From an uncultured bacterium (lineage in GTDB: Bacteria > Myxococcota_A > Polyangia > Polyangiales > Houyiibacteriaceae): DNA of 38,630 nucleotides. Positions within the stretch are counted from its first letter, which is position 1. Every line of letters begins with the position of its first letter. The notes beneath the pieces were generated by a model. It was not told the DNA's origin, made no database searches, and saw only the letters and a list, made by a program, of their open reading frames with translations. Made by a program: the position numbers and the translations under genes. The DNA is taken from the NCBI GenBank assembly GCA_937998345.1, contig CALLDH010000169.1, forward strand, positions 1-38,630, read 5' to 3'. Shown piece by piece: positions 27,500 through 36,805 of the stretch.

Positions 27500-29161
27500 A
27501 TGACCAAGGGTAACGGCGCACAAGCTCTGATTCAGACTCTCATCCACGGTGGTGTGGACACCTGCTTCACCAATCCTGGGACGTCGGAGATGCACTTCGT
27601 CGCCGCGTTAGATCGGTCTAATATGCGCGGGGTATTGTGTTTGTTCGAAGGCGTGGCTTCGGGGGCTGCCGACGGATACGCGCGCATGGCAGATAAGCCT
27701 GCAGCCACCTTGTTGCATCTTGGATGCGGTCTCGGAAATGCGCTCGCGAACCTGCACAATGCGCGCAAGGCGCGTGTACCCATGATCAACATCATCGGAG
27801 ATCATGCGACCTATCACACTCAATACGACGCGCAGTTGCAGTCAGACATTGAGACCGTCGCCAAGAACATTTCTACGTGGTTCAAGACGACGCCTGAAAC
27901 CAGTCAACTAGCTGCCGATGCGGCTGAAGCGGTAGCGGTGGCCAAGGGCCCGCCCGCACAGATTGCTACCCTGATCTTGCCCGCAGATGTGTCCTGGGGT
28001 GAGGGTGCCGAACCCGTGCAGGCGCACGAGCCTGTGCAAGCGCCGGCGGCGTCTGGCGAAACGGTGCAGGCGATTGCACGGGTCATCAAGAAGTCGGGCA
28101 AGAAGGTTGCCTTCTTGTTGGGCAATCGGGTGCTACGTGAGGCTGGGCTGCGCGCGGCGTCGCAGATTGCGCAGAAGACAGGCGCCAAGCTCTTCTGCGA
28201 GGTCTTTCCGACGCGCCTCGAGCGAGGTGAAGGGCTGCCCGCCGTCGAGCGCATTGCGTACCTTGCGGAAATGGCTTCGGTGCAGCTCGACGGCTATGAC
28301 CACTTGGTTCTGGTGGATGCCAAGGCTCCCGTGTCGTTCTTCGCCTATCCAGGCAAGAAGAGCTATCTCGTGCCAGACAAGTGCACAGCCCACACATTGG
28401 TGGAGCCGCATGAAGATGCGCTCGCTTCGCTGCAGGCACTCGTCGAAGCGGCGGGTGCGTCCAACACCGAGCCCAAGTTGCAGAGCGCGGAACGTCCAAA
28501 ATTGCCCAAAGGCAAACTCAACGCCGCCAAGGTGTGTCAGGCCATTGGTGCCCTGTTGCCGACACACGCCATCATCTCCGACGAGGCGCAAACCTCCGGG
28601 GTTAGGCTGCCGAGTTTCACAGCGGGTGCGCCTCGCCATGACGTGCTGGCTTTGACCGGCGGGGCAATCGGACAAGGTTTGCCGGTCGCCGTCGGCGCGG
28701 CAACGGCCTCGCCGGACCGTCCCGTGCTCGCGCTCGTTGGCGATGGCTCCGCCATGTACACGATTCAGGCGCTATGGACGATCGCACGCGAGGGTCTCGA
28801 CGTAACTACGGTTATCTTGAACAACCGCTCCTATGGGATTCTCAATATTGAGCTCGAGCGCGTCGGAGCAGACAAGATCGGACCCAAAGCCAAGGCGCAA
28901 TTGGACCTATCGGAACCCGCGATTGACTTTGTGGCGATGGCCAAAGGAATGGGCGTATCTGCACAACGCGTCGCGACAGCCGAGGACTTCAACGCAGCGC
29001 TGCGAAACGCACTGAAGACCCGTGGCCCGTATCTGATCGATGCGGTCGTCCCTAGCGAGTACGAAGGATTGAAGCTCAAAGCGCTACCACACATGCTCAA
29101 CGCGCTCGGCAGCGTCCCTTCACCTGTCGCGAAGGCAATCAAGAAAAAGATTGCGCCGTAG
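27500..29161 (+). CDS. ThDP-dependent enzyme, acetolactate synthase large subunit-like
   Basis: NPGTSEMH, EGVASGAADGYAR, ThDP motif GDGSAMY...NN. No small subunit adjacent. Confidence 0.9.
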   Translation: MTKGNGAQALIQTLIHGGVDTCFTNPGTSEMHFVAALDRSNMRGVLCLFEGVASGAADGYARMADKPAATLLHLGCGLGNALANLHNARKARVPMINIIGDHATYHTQYDAQLQSDIETVAKNISTWFKTTPETSQLAADAAEAVAVAKGPPAQIATLILPADVSWGEGAEPVQAHEPVQAPAASGETVQAIARVIKKSGKKVAFLLGNRVLREAGLRAASQIAQKTGAKLFCEVFPTRLERGEGLPAVERIAYLAEMASVQLDGYDHLVLVDAKAPVSFFAYPGKKSYLVPDKCTAHTLVEPHEDALASLQALVEAAGASNTEPKLQSAERPKLPKGKLNAAKVCQAIGALLPTHAIISDEAQTSGVRLPSFTAGAPRHDVLALTGGAIGQGLPVAVGAATASPDRPVLALVGDGSAMYTIQALWTIAREGLDVTTVILNNRSYGILNIELERVGADKIGPKAKAQLDLSEPAIDFVAMAKGMGVSAQRVATAEDFNAALRNALKTRGPYLIDAVVPSEYEGLKLKALPHMLNALGSVPSPVAKAIKKKIAP

Positions 29162-29248
29162 CCGGCGCACGACGCCATGCGGTTCGAACGTCCGCGTGAA
29201 GAGCCGACTGAAGACAGGGGAGGCTGTAGGCAGTATGGTTCGCAAGCC

Positions 29249-30040
29249 GTGAACGCGAGCAGGCCGCATCGATTGATCACTCTTGCCTTCTCTCACTACA
29301 ACGAGAAGGCTCGATGGGCGCTCGACCGATACGCGATTCCTTACAGCGAGGAACCGCACATGCCCTTCGTCTGTTCTTTGGCGGTCGCCGTCGCGACCCG
29401 CGGTCGCGGTGGCAAGGCCGACCGCACATCGTCCCGATACTCGACTCCAGTCCTGATCCTGAACGATGGCCGTGTCCTCTCGGACTCCACCGACATCGTT
29501 CGTTTCGCCGCGGAAGGAGACGACTCGTTGTTTCCAAGCAGCGAAGTCTCGGAGCTCGTCGACCACTACGGCGACCAACTAGGTCCGTACACTCGCTTCT
29601 TGGCGTACTGGCACCTGGGCCGTCATCCGGGAATGATCGAGCGACTGGCTGCTGACAACGTAGGCAGTCGGCAAGCAAAGGTGTTCCAACGACTTGCGCC
29701 CCTGATAGAGTCCCAACTCACGCGTGCCTTGAGTCTCACCGAGGCGGGTCGGGACCGCGCCATGGCGCGCCTACGCGAGGAACTAGATGCCGCCGGGTCG
29801 AGGCTCGGAGACCGCGACTATCTCTGCGGCGATCGATTCATAGCGGCCGACCTCACCTTCGGAGCGCTCCTCGCACCCGTGCTGTGCATCACACCCGAAG
29901 AGGGATTCGGCGCCATTCTGCCCGAACTAGCCTCCCTCGACGACGAGGCTCGGGCGCTGATCAGCGAGGTGCGCGCCCACAGAGCCGGCCAGTTCGCCCT
30001 TCGAATCTACGGCGAAGAGCGGCGCCGTTGCCAAAGCTAG
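29249..30040 (+). CDS. Glutathione S-transferase family protein
   Basis: SHYNEKARWALD, TPVL, DSTDI, YLCGDRFIAADLTF. GTG at 29249. Confidence 0.88.
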   Translation: MNASRPHRLITLAFSHYNEKARWALDRYAIPYSEEPHMPFVCSLAVAVATRGRGGKADRTSSRYSTPVLILNDGRVLSDSTDIVRFAAEGDDSLFPSSEVSELVDHYGDQLGPYTRFLAYWHLGRHPGMIERLAADNVGSRQAKVFQRLAPLIESQLTRALSLTEAGRDRAMARLREELDAAGSRLGDRDYLCGDRFIAADLTFGALLAPVLCITPEEGFGAILPELASLDDEARALISEVRAHRAGQFALRIYGEERRRCQS

Positions 30041-30200
30041 AGACGGATTTCCGCGCAGCTGATTCTCCTCGGCTACACCTCATCGTTGCAGCCCACGTTC
30101 GTCGCCATCGCGCTCCTTGCCCGAGAATCGGGGTGGAATCGGGCCATTGTGTACCCGGAGAGTGTCCCCTGCGGGTTGAGGGGGTTACTATCGATGCCCG

Positions 30201-30698
30201 GTGATCACGTCCGTCGACCACATTCACATTCATGCCGCCGACCCTTCGGCCACGATTCGGTTCTACGAGTCCTGCTTCGGCGCTGAGCACCTAGGGTCCA
30301 TTCCTTCGGGTGAAGGTGGGCAGAACCAGGGCGTGCTTCTCGGCGGGCAGCTCTTGGTCATCAGTGCCTTCCCGTCAGGAATGACTCCGATGGAGCCGCC
30401 TGAAGCGGGGGAGGGGGCGCTTCGCTCCGGGTTTGGCGTGGCGCACTTTGGTGTTCAGACCACCGACCTCGATGGCGCGCTGGCGCGCTTGCGTGAGGCC
30501 GGGGTACACGCCCACGCCGAGCCGCGGCGCACTGGCTCGATCCGCTACGCGTATGTGACCGCACCCGACGGCGTGGTCATCGAGCTTGTTGAGCTCCACC
30601 TGCCTGCCCATCTCGCGCGGCTCGTGCCCCTGCTCAACGGCGTCAACCGAGCGATCCACCTCACACGACGCGCCCTCGCGAAGCAACTCTTCAAGTAG
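30201..30698 (+). CDS. VOC/glyoxalase family protein
   Basis: DHIHI...FY, HFGVQ, YVTAPDGVVIELVE. Confidence 0.88.
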   Translation: MITSVDHIHIHAADPSATIRFYESCFGAEHLGSIPSGEGGQNQGVLLGGQLLVISAFPSGMTPMEPPEAGEGALRSGFGVAHFGVQTTDLDGALARLREAGVHAHAEPRRTGSIRYAYVTAPDGVVIELVELHLPAHLARLVPLLNGVNRAIHLTRRALAKQLFK

Positions 30699-30771
30699 CC
30701 CCATCTCCTATGTTACGTTCAGTCCCGCCGGGACGACCGATTCCCGGGCGAAACCGGACCTTGGAGTGCAA

Positions 30772-31929
30772 GTGCGAGAACCTGAATCGAAGACCACACC
30801 GACCCTCGCGTATACTCGCTCCCCGGCACACAAAGAGACGAACGAGGCCAAGGCCGAGAGCCGACGCTTTCATTCGAGCTCGAAGAAAGTCAGGTTGCCT
30901 CCCTTTCCGAATAGTTGGTTTCACCTGGCCCCTTTTAGCGAATTCAAGAAGGACGAGATTCGGTCATTCAAGTTTCTCGGGCACGACATCATCGCCTTCA
31001 AAACGGGAAACGACAGCATTACCGTGATGGATGCGTACTGCCCTCACCTCGGTGCCCATTTGGGACGGGACGCGAAGGGGCGGAACAATCGGCTAAAGAA
31101 TGGATGCGTAGAGTGCCCCTATCACCATCTCACCTTCGACTCCGAGGGAAGCTGCGTACAAGGGAAGAGCCATGCGTCTGTGCCCAAGGCGAAGGTTTTC
31201 ACTTGGGAAACCGAAATCGTTGAAGGTCTCGTCTTCGTTTATCATCACAAAGACAAGTTGCCTGCGACCTGGAAGGTCTCTGAGTTCTTTCGCCCAGAAG
31301 GAAACTGGAGCCAGCCCTATATGACCTATCAAGGCGTTCATCCCATTCACCCGCAGGATGCCGCCGAGAACTCCGTCGACACCTTACATTTTCGGACTCT
31401 GCACCAGTTCGACCAGGTCGATCAGGTCACCGAAGCCGTTGCCGACCGTCAGCATTTTTACCAAACGCTTCACATTGGAAGGATGGGGATTCTCCCAAAG
31501 TTCATGAGGAACGTCCCCATCTACTCAGTCGTCAAAGAGGCCGCGGTAGGCGTTGGGTTCCCCATGGCCCACAATCGTTTTCATCCGATTGGATTGCAGG
31601 TAAACCATCTCGTTTTTCTGACGCCGATCGATGAGACCTCGACGAACTTCTGGTTCTACTTTCAGGTGTCTTTCTCGGACGTGAAAGTGCCTCGGTTCAT
31701 GAAAAGGCAAAAGGAGCGCCTCGACCGCCATTTGAACGAGCATGTTAAGCGAGCTGTCGACAGAGCTGTCCATCGCGCCGCATGTACCGCTCTGTCCCCC
31801 GTGTTTGCTTTCATCAACAGCCAAGATCTCGATATTTGGTCGACGAAGTCCTATTGCGAGAAACCTATCGTCTTGGGAGATGACGGCAACATCCATCTGT
31901 TCCGCAAATGGTGTAAGCAATTCTACTAA
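30772..31929 (+). CDS. Rieske non-heme iron oxygenase (KshA/Neverland-like)
   Basis: Rieske CPHLGAHL...CPYH, mononuclear Fe ENSVDTLHFRTLH, C-terminal QDLDIW..K and FRKWCKQFY. Start GTG 30772 (after ggag) or 30766. Confidence 0.88.
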   Translation: MREPESKTTPTLAYTRSPAHKETNEAKAESRRFHSSSKKVRLPPFPNSWFHLAPFSEFKKDEIRSFKFLGHDIIAFKTGNDSITVMDAYCPHLGAHLGRDAKGRNNRLKNGCVECPYHHLTFDSEGSCVQGKSHASVPKAKVFTWETEIVEGLVFVYHHKDKLPATWKVSEFFRPEGNWSQPYMTYQGVHPIHPQDAAENSVDTLHFRTLHQFDQVDQVTEAVADRQHFYQTLHIGRMGILPKFMRNVPIYSVVKEAAVGVGFPMAHNRFHPIGLQVNHLVFLTPIDETSTNFWFYFQVSFSDVKVPRFMKRQKERLDRHLNEHVKRAVDRAVHRAACTALSPVFAFINSQDLDIWSTKSYCEKPIVLGDDGNIHLFRKWCKQFY

Positions 31930-31966
31930 TGGCGACACTCTCCCCCCAATGCTTGGCATGACTGGC

Positions 31967-32653
31967 ATGACTAGCATGCCAAGCCGGTGCTGCGTGCTGA
32001 CTCTCTCTCTCTTGGCTGTGGCGTTGATTGCGGCCTGCTCGAAGTCGACGGCATCAAAGGCCACCATCCCCCGATACGACCGCATGCCGGGGTATGAGCG
32101 GGTTTTTTTCACGAGCTTGTTTGTAATCGGCGTAGGCGAGAACGAGGAAAAGAGACGGCTTTTCGAGGATGTGTTCTCCAGGGTGCTCTCCGGTGACAGC
32201 ACGTACGCGATGCCGAGTTGGAAGCGCTTGCCTCAGAGCCGACTTCTCACCGAGAGGGAGCTCAAGACCGCACTCAGCACGAATGACTTCGACGGCGTGT
32301 TGATCACCCGCTTGGTCAGCGTAGACGAGGACGGGGGCGAGGAACACGCGGAAGGAGATACGTCCGGAGTGCGGCGCGCACGTCCGTTCGAGGAATACTA
32401 TCAAGGCAGCTATGAGGCCGTTCACGAGCCCGGTTACTACGAGAGAACGATCGCCTACCGACTCGAGACGAACCTCTATGCGATCAGCGACGGTGGCCTC
32501 GTCTGGGCAGCTCATTCTGCCATCGTTGATCCGGCCTCGGTGGAGAAGGGCATCGACCGCCTGGCCGGAGCAGTCGCGGAGAAGCTCAGACAAGAGGGGT
32601 TGGTCCGCTGGGGGCTATTTTCACTCCTTGTGCGCCCAGGCGTGGGAATGTAA
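31967..32653 (+). CDS. Hypothetical lipoprotein
   Basis: Lipobox IAAC; RRLFED, DGVLITRLV, PGYY, LETNLY...LVW. Start ambiguous among ATGs at 31949-31976. Confidence 0.75.
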   Translation: MTSMPSRCCVLTLSLLAVALIAACSKSTASKATIPRYDRMPGYERVFFTSLFVIGVGENEEKRRLFEDVFSRVLSGDSTYAMPSWKRLPQSRLLTERELKTALSTNDFDGVLITRLVSVDEDGGEEHAEGDTSGVRRARPFEEYYQGSYEAVHEPGYYERTIAYRLETNLYAISDGGLVWAAHSAIVDPASVEKGIDRLAGAVAEKLRQEGLVRWGLFSLLVRPGVGM

Positions 32654-32720
32654 GTAGCCCACGATGGACCGAGTGGTTCTCCTTCCACAGAATCGCAACG
32701 CACAACCTTAGGAGGCAGCC

Positions 32721-33647
32721 GTGGTCGCCATCGCTGAGAACATCACCTGGCTCGTTGGTCGCACGCCGCTCGTACGGATGCCTCGGATCACCGCCGGTTT
32801 GAACGCGCAGGTCGTCGCCAAGCTCGAGAGCTTCAACCCCTGCGCCAGCGTCAAGGACCGCATCGGGCGCGCCATGATCGAAGCCGCCGAGCGCGATGGC
32901 GTGCTGAAGCCGGGCGTGACCCTCGTCGAGCCCACCAGTGGCAATACGGGCATCGGGCTGGCGTTCGTTGCAGCCTCGCGGGGCTACCGGCTCGTCCTGA
33001 CGATGCCGGAAACGATGAGCCTCGAACGGCGCCGGATGCTGTCCGCTCTTGGCGCCGAGCTCATTCTGACTCCGGGCAAGGGCGGGATGGGCGCCGCCAT
33101 CGACAAGGCAAGGGAGCTCGCCGAGCAGGAAGGCCACTTGCTCTTGCAGCAGTTCGCCAATCCCGCCAACCCGGAGGTGCACCGCAGGACGACCTCCGAG
33201 GAAATTTGGAACGACACGGACGGACAGGTCGACGTGTTCATCTCCGGCGTCGGCACCGGCGGCACCATCACCGGCGTGGCCGACGTGATCAAGCGTCGCA
33301 AGCCAGGCTTCAAAGCCATTGCTGTCGAACCAGTAGGCTCCCCCGTGTTGAGTGGCGGCGAGGCCGGGCCGCACAAGATTCAGGGCATCGGCGCAGGCTT
33401 CGTGCCGGATGTCCTGCAGACTGAGTTGATCGACGAGGTGTTCCAGGTCTCGGACGAGGACGCGGGCGCCGCAGCCCGGCGGGTCGCGAAAGAGGAGGGC
33501 ATCCTGGTGGGAATCTCGGCAGGGGCCGCGCTCCATGCCGCGCTCGAGGTGGCGAAACGCCCCGAGCACGCGGGCCAACTCATCGTGGTCCTGCTTCCGG
33601 ACACCGGCGAACGCTACCTCTCCACCTGGCTCTACGACGAAGAATGA
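32721..33647 (+). CDS. cysK: Cysteine synthase A
   Basis: PLP lysine [42 protein letters not shown]; SD aggagg. Confidence 0.97.
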   Translation: MVAIAENITWLVGRTPLVRMPRITAGLNAQVVAKLESFNPCASVKDRIGRAMIEAAERDGVLKPGVTLVEPTSGNTGIGLAFVAASRGYRLVLTMPETMSLERRRMLSALGAELILTPGKGGMGAAIDKARELAEQEGHLLLQQFANPANPEVHRRTTSEEIWNDTDGQVDVFISGVGTGGTITGVADVIKRRKPGFKAIAVEPVGSPVLSGGEAGPHKIQGIGAGFVPDVLQTELIDEVFQVSDEDAGAAARRVAKEEGILVGISAGAALHAALEVAKRPEHAGQLIVVLLPDTGERYLSTWLYDEE

Positions 33648-33730
33648 ATCGATGACGCCGTCGAAGTCGGCTCGACCACGCAGGACCAGACTTGGTTTGG
33701 CTTCGCGGTAATTCGTAAGCCGCGCGGCCG

Positions 33731-33774
33731 GTCGGCTTGCGTTCGGCTTGCGGTCGGCTTGTGGTCGGCTTGCT
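33731..33774 (+). repeat. 11-bp tandem direct repeat x4, probable operator
   Basis: gtcggcttgcg ttcggcttgcg gtcggcttgtg gtcggcttgct, upstream of TACTAT (33789-33794). Confidence 0.8.
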
Positions 33775-33806
33775 CCTGGGCGACCTGCTACTATCGCCCT
33801 CCGAAC

Positions 33807-35600
33807 ATGGGAACGAAGGAGAACATGCTCCGCGGAATCTGCGCGGACCGATATCGGCCGGACAAGATTCCCGAGTCCGTCGACACAGTCGTGATCGGCA
33901 GCGGCATGAGTGGGCTCACCGCCGCAGCTGTGCTCTCGCGCACGGGGCAGCGCGTGCTGGTCCTTGAACAGCACTACGTGGCTGGCGGGGGTTCCCACAT
34001 GTTCCAGCTCAAGGGCGGGCTGCATTTCGACTCGGGGCTCCACTACCTGGTCCCTTACTCCGGGCTTCTGATGTGGCTCGCTACGGGTGGCAACGAGATG
34101 CCGCTCCGGTTCGAGCGCATGGGCGAACCCGACGGCACCTTCGACCGCATTGCGCTCGGAAAGGAGCCGCCTTTCGGGATCAAGCACGACGAAGCCCATC
34201 TGCCCGACCTGTACGCCCGCTTCCCGGAGCGCAAAGACGACATCGACGAGTTCTTGCGAGTCTCGGAGCAAGTGTTGAAACGCTTTCCACTCTTCGTCCT
34301 CTCGAAGGCCTTCCCGGTCTGGCTTCAAAAGCCCTGGCATCGTCACGTGCTCGGTGAGACCTGGCAGCGCTACGCGGGCCGCAGCCTCAAGGAAGTGCTT
34401 CAAGAGATCACCGACGAGCCCTTACTCGCGGGACTCCTGGCTGGTCCCTGGATGGACACCGGTGCACCGCCTGATCGCGCGAGCTTTCTTCTGGGCGCCT
34501 GCGTTGCGCGCGGGCTCGCCATCGAAGGAGGCGCGTACCCCGTGGGGGGCTCCCAGGAGCTGGCGAAGTGCCTCGTTCCCGTGATCACAGGCGCCGGCGG
34601 ACGGGTGCTGGTGCGCGCAAGCGTCGAAGAGATCCTCGTCGATTCCGCAAAGGGTTGCACGACAGGCGTGCGTCTCGCCGACGGAACCGTCGTCCCGTGC
34701 AAGCAGGTGATTTCGAGCGTCGGCTATCACAACACCTTCGGCAAGCTCGTTTCGAAAAAGGTCACCGAGCAATTCGAGATCCCGCGTCGTCTCCCCATCG
34801 GGAGCTCCTGCGGCTTCATCATGGCCAACATCGGCCTCCGAGGAACCGCAGAGGAGCTCGGGCTCACCTGCGCCAATCTCTGGTACCACCCTACGCGTGA
34901 CGATGGGGACATGTTCGGCGCCATCGACGACTTCATGTCGAATCCCACCGACCCAGGCCACGATCCGATGATCATGGTGACCTTTCCGTCCATCAAGGCT
35001 CGGCAGGGCGCGACGCAGAACGGCGACAAGACGACCTGCCAGATCCTGTGCATGGCCGAGCACGCCTGGTTCGCGCAGTACGCGGATCGACCCACCCGCA
35101 AGCGAGGCGCCGAGTACAAGGCCGTCAAGCGAGAGTGGGGCGAACGCCTGGTCGCCCTCTTGCTGCGCTTCTATCCGCAACTCGACGGCAGGATCGAGCT
35201 CGTGGACGTCTCGACACCTCTCTCGATCGAGCACTACCTCGGCGCGCACCAGGGGGGCGCAGTGGGTCTCGATCATACCCCGGAGCGCTTCACCGACTGG
35301 AGCCTGGTCGAGCGCCTCAACGCTCGCACGCCGATCGAAGGCCTCTGGCTCACGGGTCAGGACACGGTCACCTGTGGACAACCCATCGTCCAGGGCGCAG
35401 GCCTGATCACGGCGTTTCGCGTGCTGGGCCTCCAGCAATCGCTTCGGTACCTGGCCCGCACGCTCCCACCCATCGTGGGCAGCCTGGCTCAGCAACGACG
35501 GAGCGACTCGTCGAATGGGCCGCGCCCTGAGCTCGATCGTGCTTCGCAACCGACGAGCCGCGACCCTGAGGCCAAGCACGTGCTGGCTGCCGAAGAGTGA
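33807..35600 (+). CDS. FAD-dependent oxidoreductase, phytoene desaturase/retinol saturase (RetSat-like) family
   Basis: VIGSGMSGL, VLEQHYVAGG, FDSGLHY, YPVGGS, TFPSIK, STPLS, GLDHTPERF, TPIEGLWLTGQD. Start 33807 or 33825. Confidence 0.88.
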   Translation: MGTKENMLRGICADRYRPDKIPESVDTVVIGSGMSGLTAAAVLSRTGQRVLVLEQHYVAGGGSHMFQLKGGLHFDSGLHYLVPYSGLLMWLATGGNEMPLRFERMGEPDGTFDRIALGKEPPFGIKHDEAHLPDLYARFPERKDDIDEFLRVSEQVLKRFPLFVLSKAFPVWLQKPWHRHVLGETWQRYAGRSLKEVLQEITDEPLLAGLLAGPWMDTGAPPDRASFLLGACVARGLAIEGGAYPVGGSQELAKCLVPVITGAGGRVLVRASVEEILVDSAKGCTTGVRLADGTVVPCKQVISSVGYHNTFGKLVSKKVTEQFEIPRRLPIGSSCGFIMANIGLRGTAEELGLTCANLWYHPTRDDGDMFGAIDDFMSNPTDPGHDPMIMVTFPSIKARQGATQNGDKTTCQILCMAEHAWFAQYADRPTRKRGAEYKAVKREWGERLVALLLRFYPQLDGRIELVDVSTPLSIEHYLGAHQGGAVGLDHTPERFTDWSLVERLNARTPIEGLWLTGQDTVTCGQPIVQGAGLITAFRVLGLQQSLRYLARTLPPIVGSLAQQRRSDSSNGPRPELDRASQPTSRDPEAKHVLAAEE

Positions 35601-35656
35601 CCCGCCGGGCCTGGCGGACCGCTTGATGCACGTGGGGTAGCGGTGCTACAAGAACC

Positions 35657-36805
35657 GTGACTCTAATGACAGGGTTTTTGGAGATGGGGCAGGGGACCAC
35701 CTCGGTCGAGCGCGGAATTCGGGTGCGCGAGGCAAGGCCTGAGGACAATCGATTCCTGATCGACCTCAGTGAGCAGTGTCCCATGCAGGCGGACACCTCC
35801 CTGCTGATCGAGCGCTCGCCAGACTTCTTTGCGCTCTCGAATGCGAGAGGCAGCTCTTGGACTGCCGTTGTTGAAGCGGGAGGACGCCTGGTGGCGTGTG
35901 CCAGTGTTGCGCGGCGCCCTGCGTGGGTCTCCGGCAAGCGGATGGAAATGGGTGTCATCGCCGACGTGAAGGTCTCCCCGGACCATCGAGGGCGAGGAGT
36001 CGCAGGGCAGTTGCTGACGCACCTCGTGCAGGCGGAGCGTGCGCGTGCGCCGGCCGTCTTTGCGGGCCTGACCGCAGCAGGTAACCAGTCGATCGATGGC
36101 ATGTTGCGAAGCTTTGGGGAAATGCTTCCGCTCAACCGCCTCGCCACGTTCACGTCGTATGAGCTGCTGCCCTTGATTCCCCTCAGGGTCAGGAAGGACC
36201 TTCTGATCCGGCCCGCGACCGAATCGGACCGAAGTGTTATGGTGTCGCTCCTCTCGAGATTTCACCGTAGCTACTGCTTTGGGCCGGTGTTTGAGGACGG
36301 CGGTTTCGAGGCGCAACTGGCGCGTAGCCCAGGGATGGACATTTCGTCGTACTGGCTGGCTTTTCGCGGAAACGTGCTCGAGGCGGCGCTTGGGACTTGG
36401 GACCAAAGCGCGTTCAAGCGCATTCGCGTTCTGAGCATGCCGAGCAGCATGCGCCTGGCTGTGGAGTCGCTCCGGAAGGTGTCGGCGTTCGCACCGCTTC
36501 CCAAGCTGCCGACGGTCGGGGACGTCTTGCGTCTTCGCTACCTCCGCCACGCCGCCCATCTGCCAGGAAAGCTCGACTCGCTCAGCGCCCTAGTTCGGCA
36601 CTGCGTCAATGATGCGCGCAAGCGGGAGGATCATTTCGTTCTCTTCACCTGCGCGGATACGGATCCACTTGCCGGAGCCGTGCGAGGAATTCCCCGATTC
36701 ACCTATCGATATGGCCTCACCGCAGGCTGCAATCGTCCCGAGGCCCAGCCGCTACTCGAAGCGATTGGCGATCAAACTTTCTACGACGACGCGAGTCTTT
36801 CATGA
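35657..36805 (+). CDS. GNAT-family acyltransferase (tandem-domain length)
   Basis: Acyl-CoA motif DVKVSPDHRGRGVAGQL; second GNAT-like start IRPATESD; ERSPDFF. Confidence 0.82.
   Translation: MTLMTGFLEMGQGTTSVERGIRVREARPEDNRFLIDLSEQCPMQADTSLLIERSPDFFALSNARGSSWTAVVEAGGRLVACASVARRPAWVSGKRMEMGVIADVKVSPDHRGRGVAGQLLTHLVQAERARAPAVFAGLTAAGNQSIDGMLRSFGEMLPLNRLATFTSYELLPLIPLRVRKDLLIRPATESDRSVMVSLLSRFHRSYCFGPVFEDGGFEAQLARSPGMDISSYWLAFRGNVLEAALGTWDQSAFKRIRVLSMPSSMRLAVESLRKVSAFAPLPKLPTVGDVLRLRYLRHAAHLPGKLDSLSALVRHCVNDARKREDHFVLFTCADTDPLAGAVRGIPRFTYRYGLTAGCNRPEAQPLLEAIGDQTFYDDASLS

Noticed and set aside
31955-31980. 9-bp tandem ggcatgact repeat giving several in-frame ATGs
   Set aside because: Short in-frame duplication; only makes the start ambiguous.
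32586-34403. 605-aa minus-strand ORF (likewise 12700-14214, 14309-15550, 16171-17271, 34422-35579)
   Set aside because: Antisense shadows of well-supported genes.
33731-35600. CarH-regulated carotenoid cluster (crtI)
   Set aside because: The repeats lack the CarH-type TnnACA core, no crtB or crtE is nearby, and the protein looks RetSat-like.
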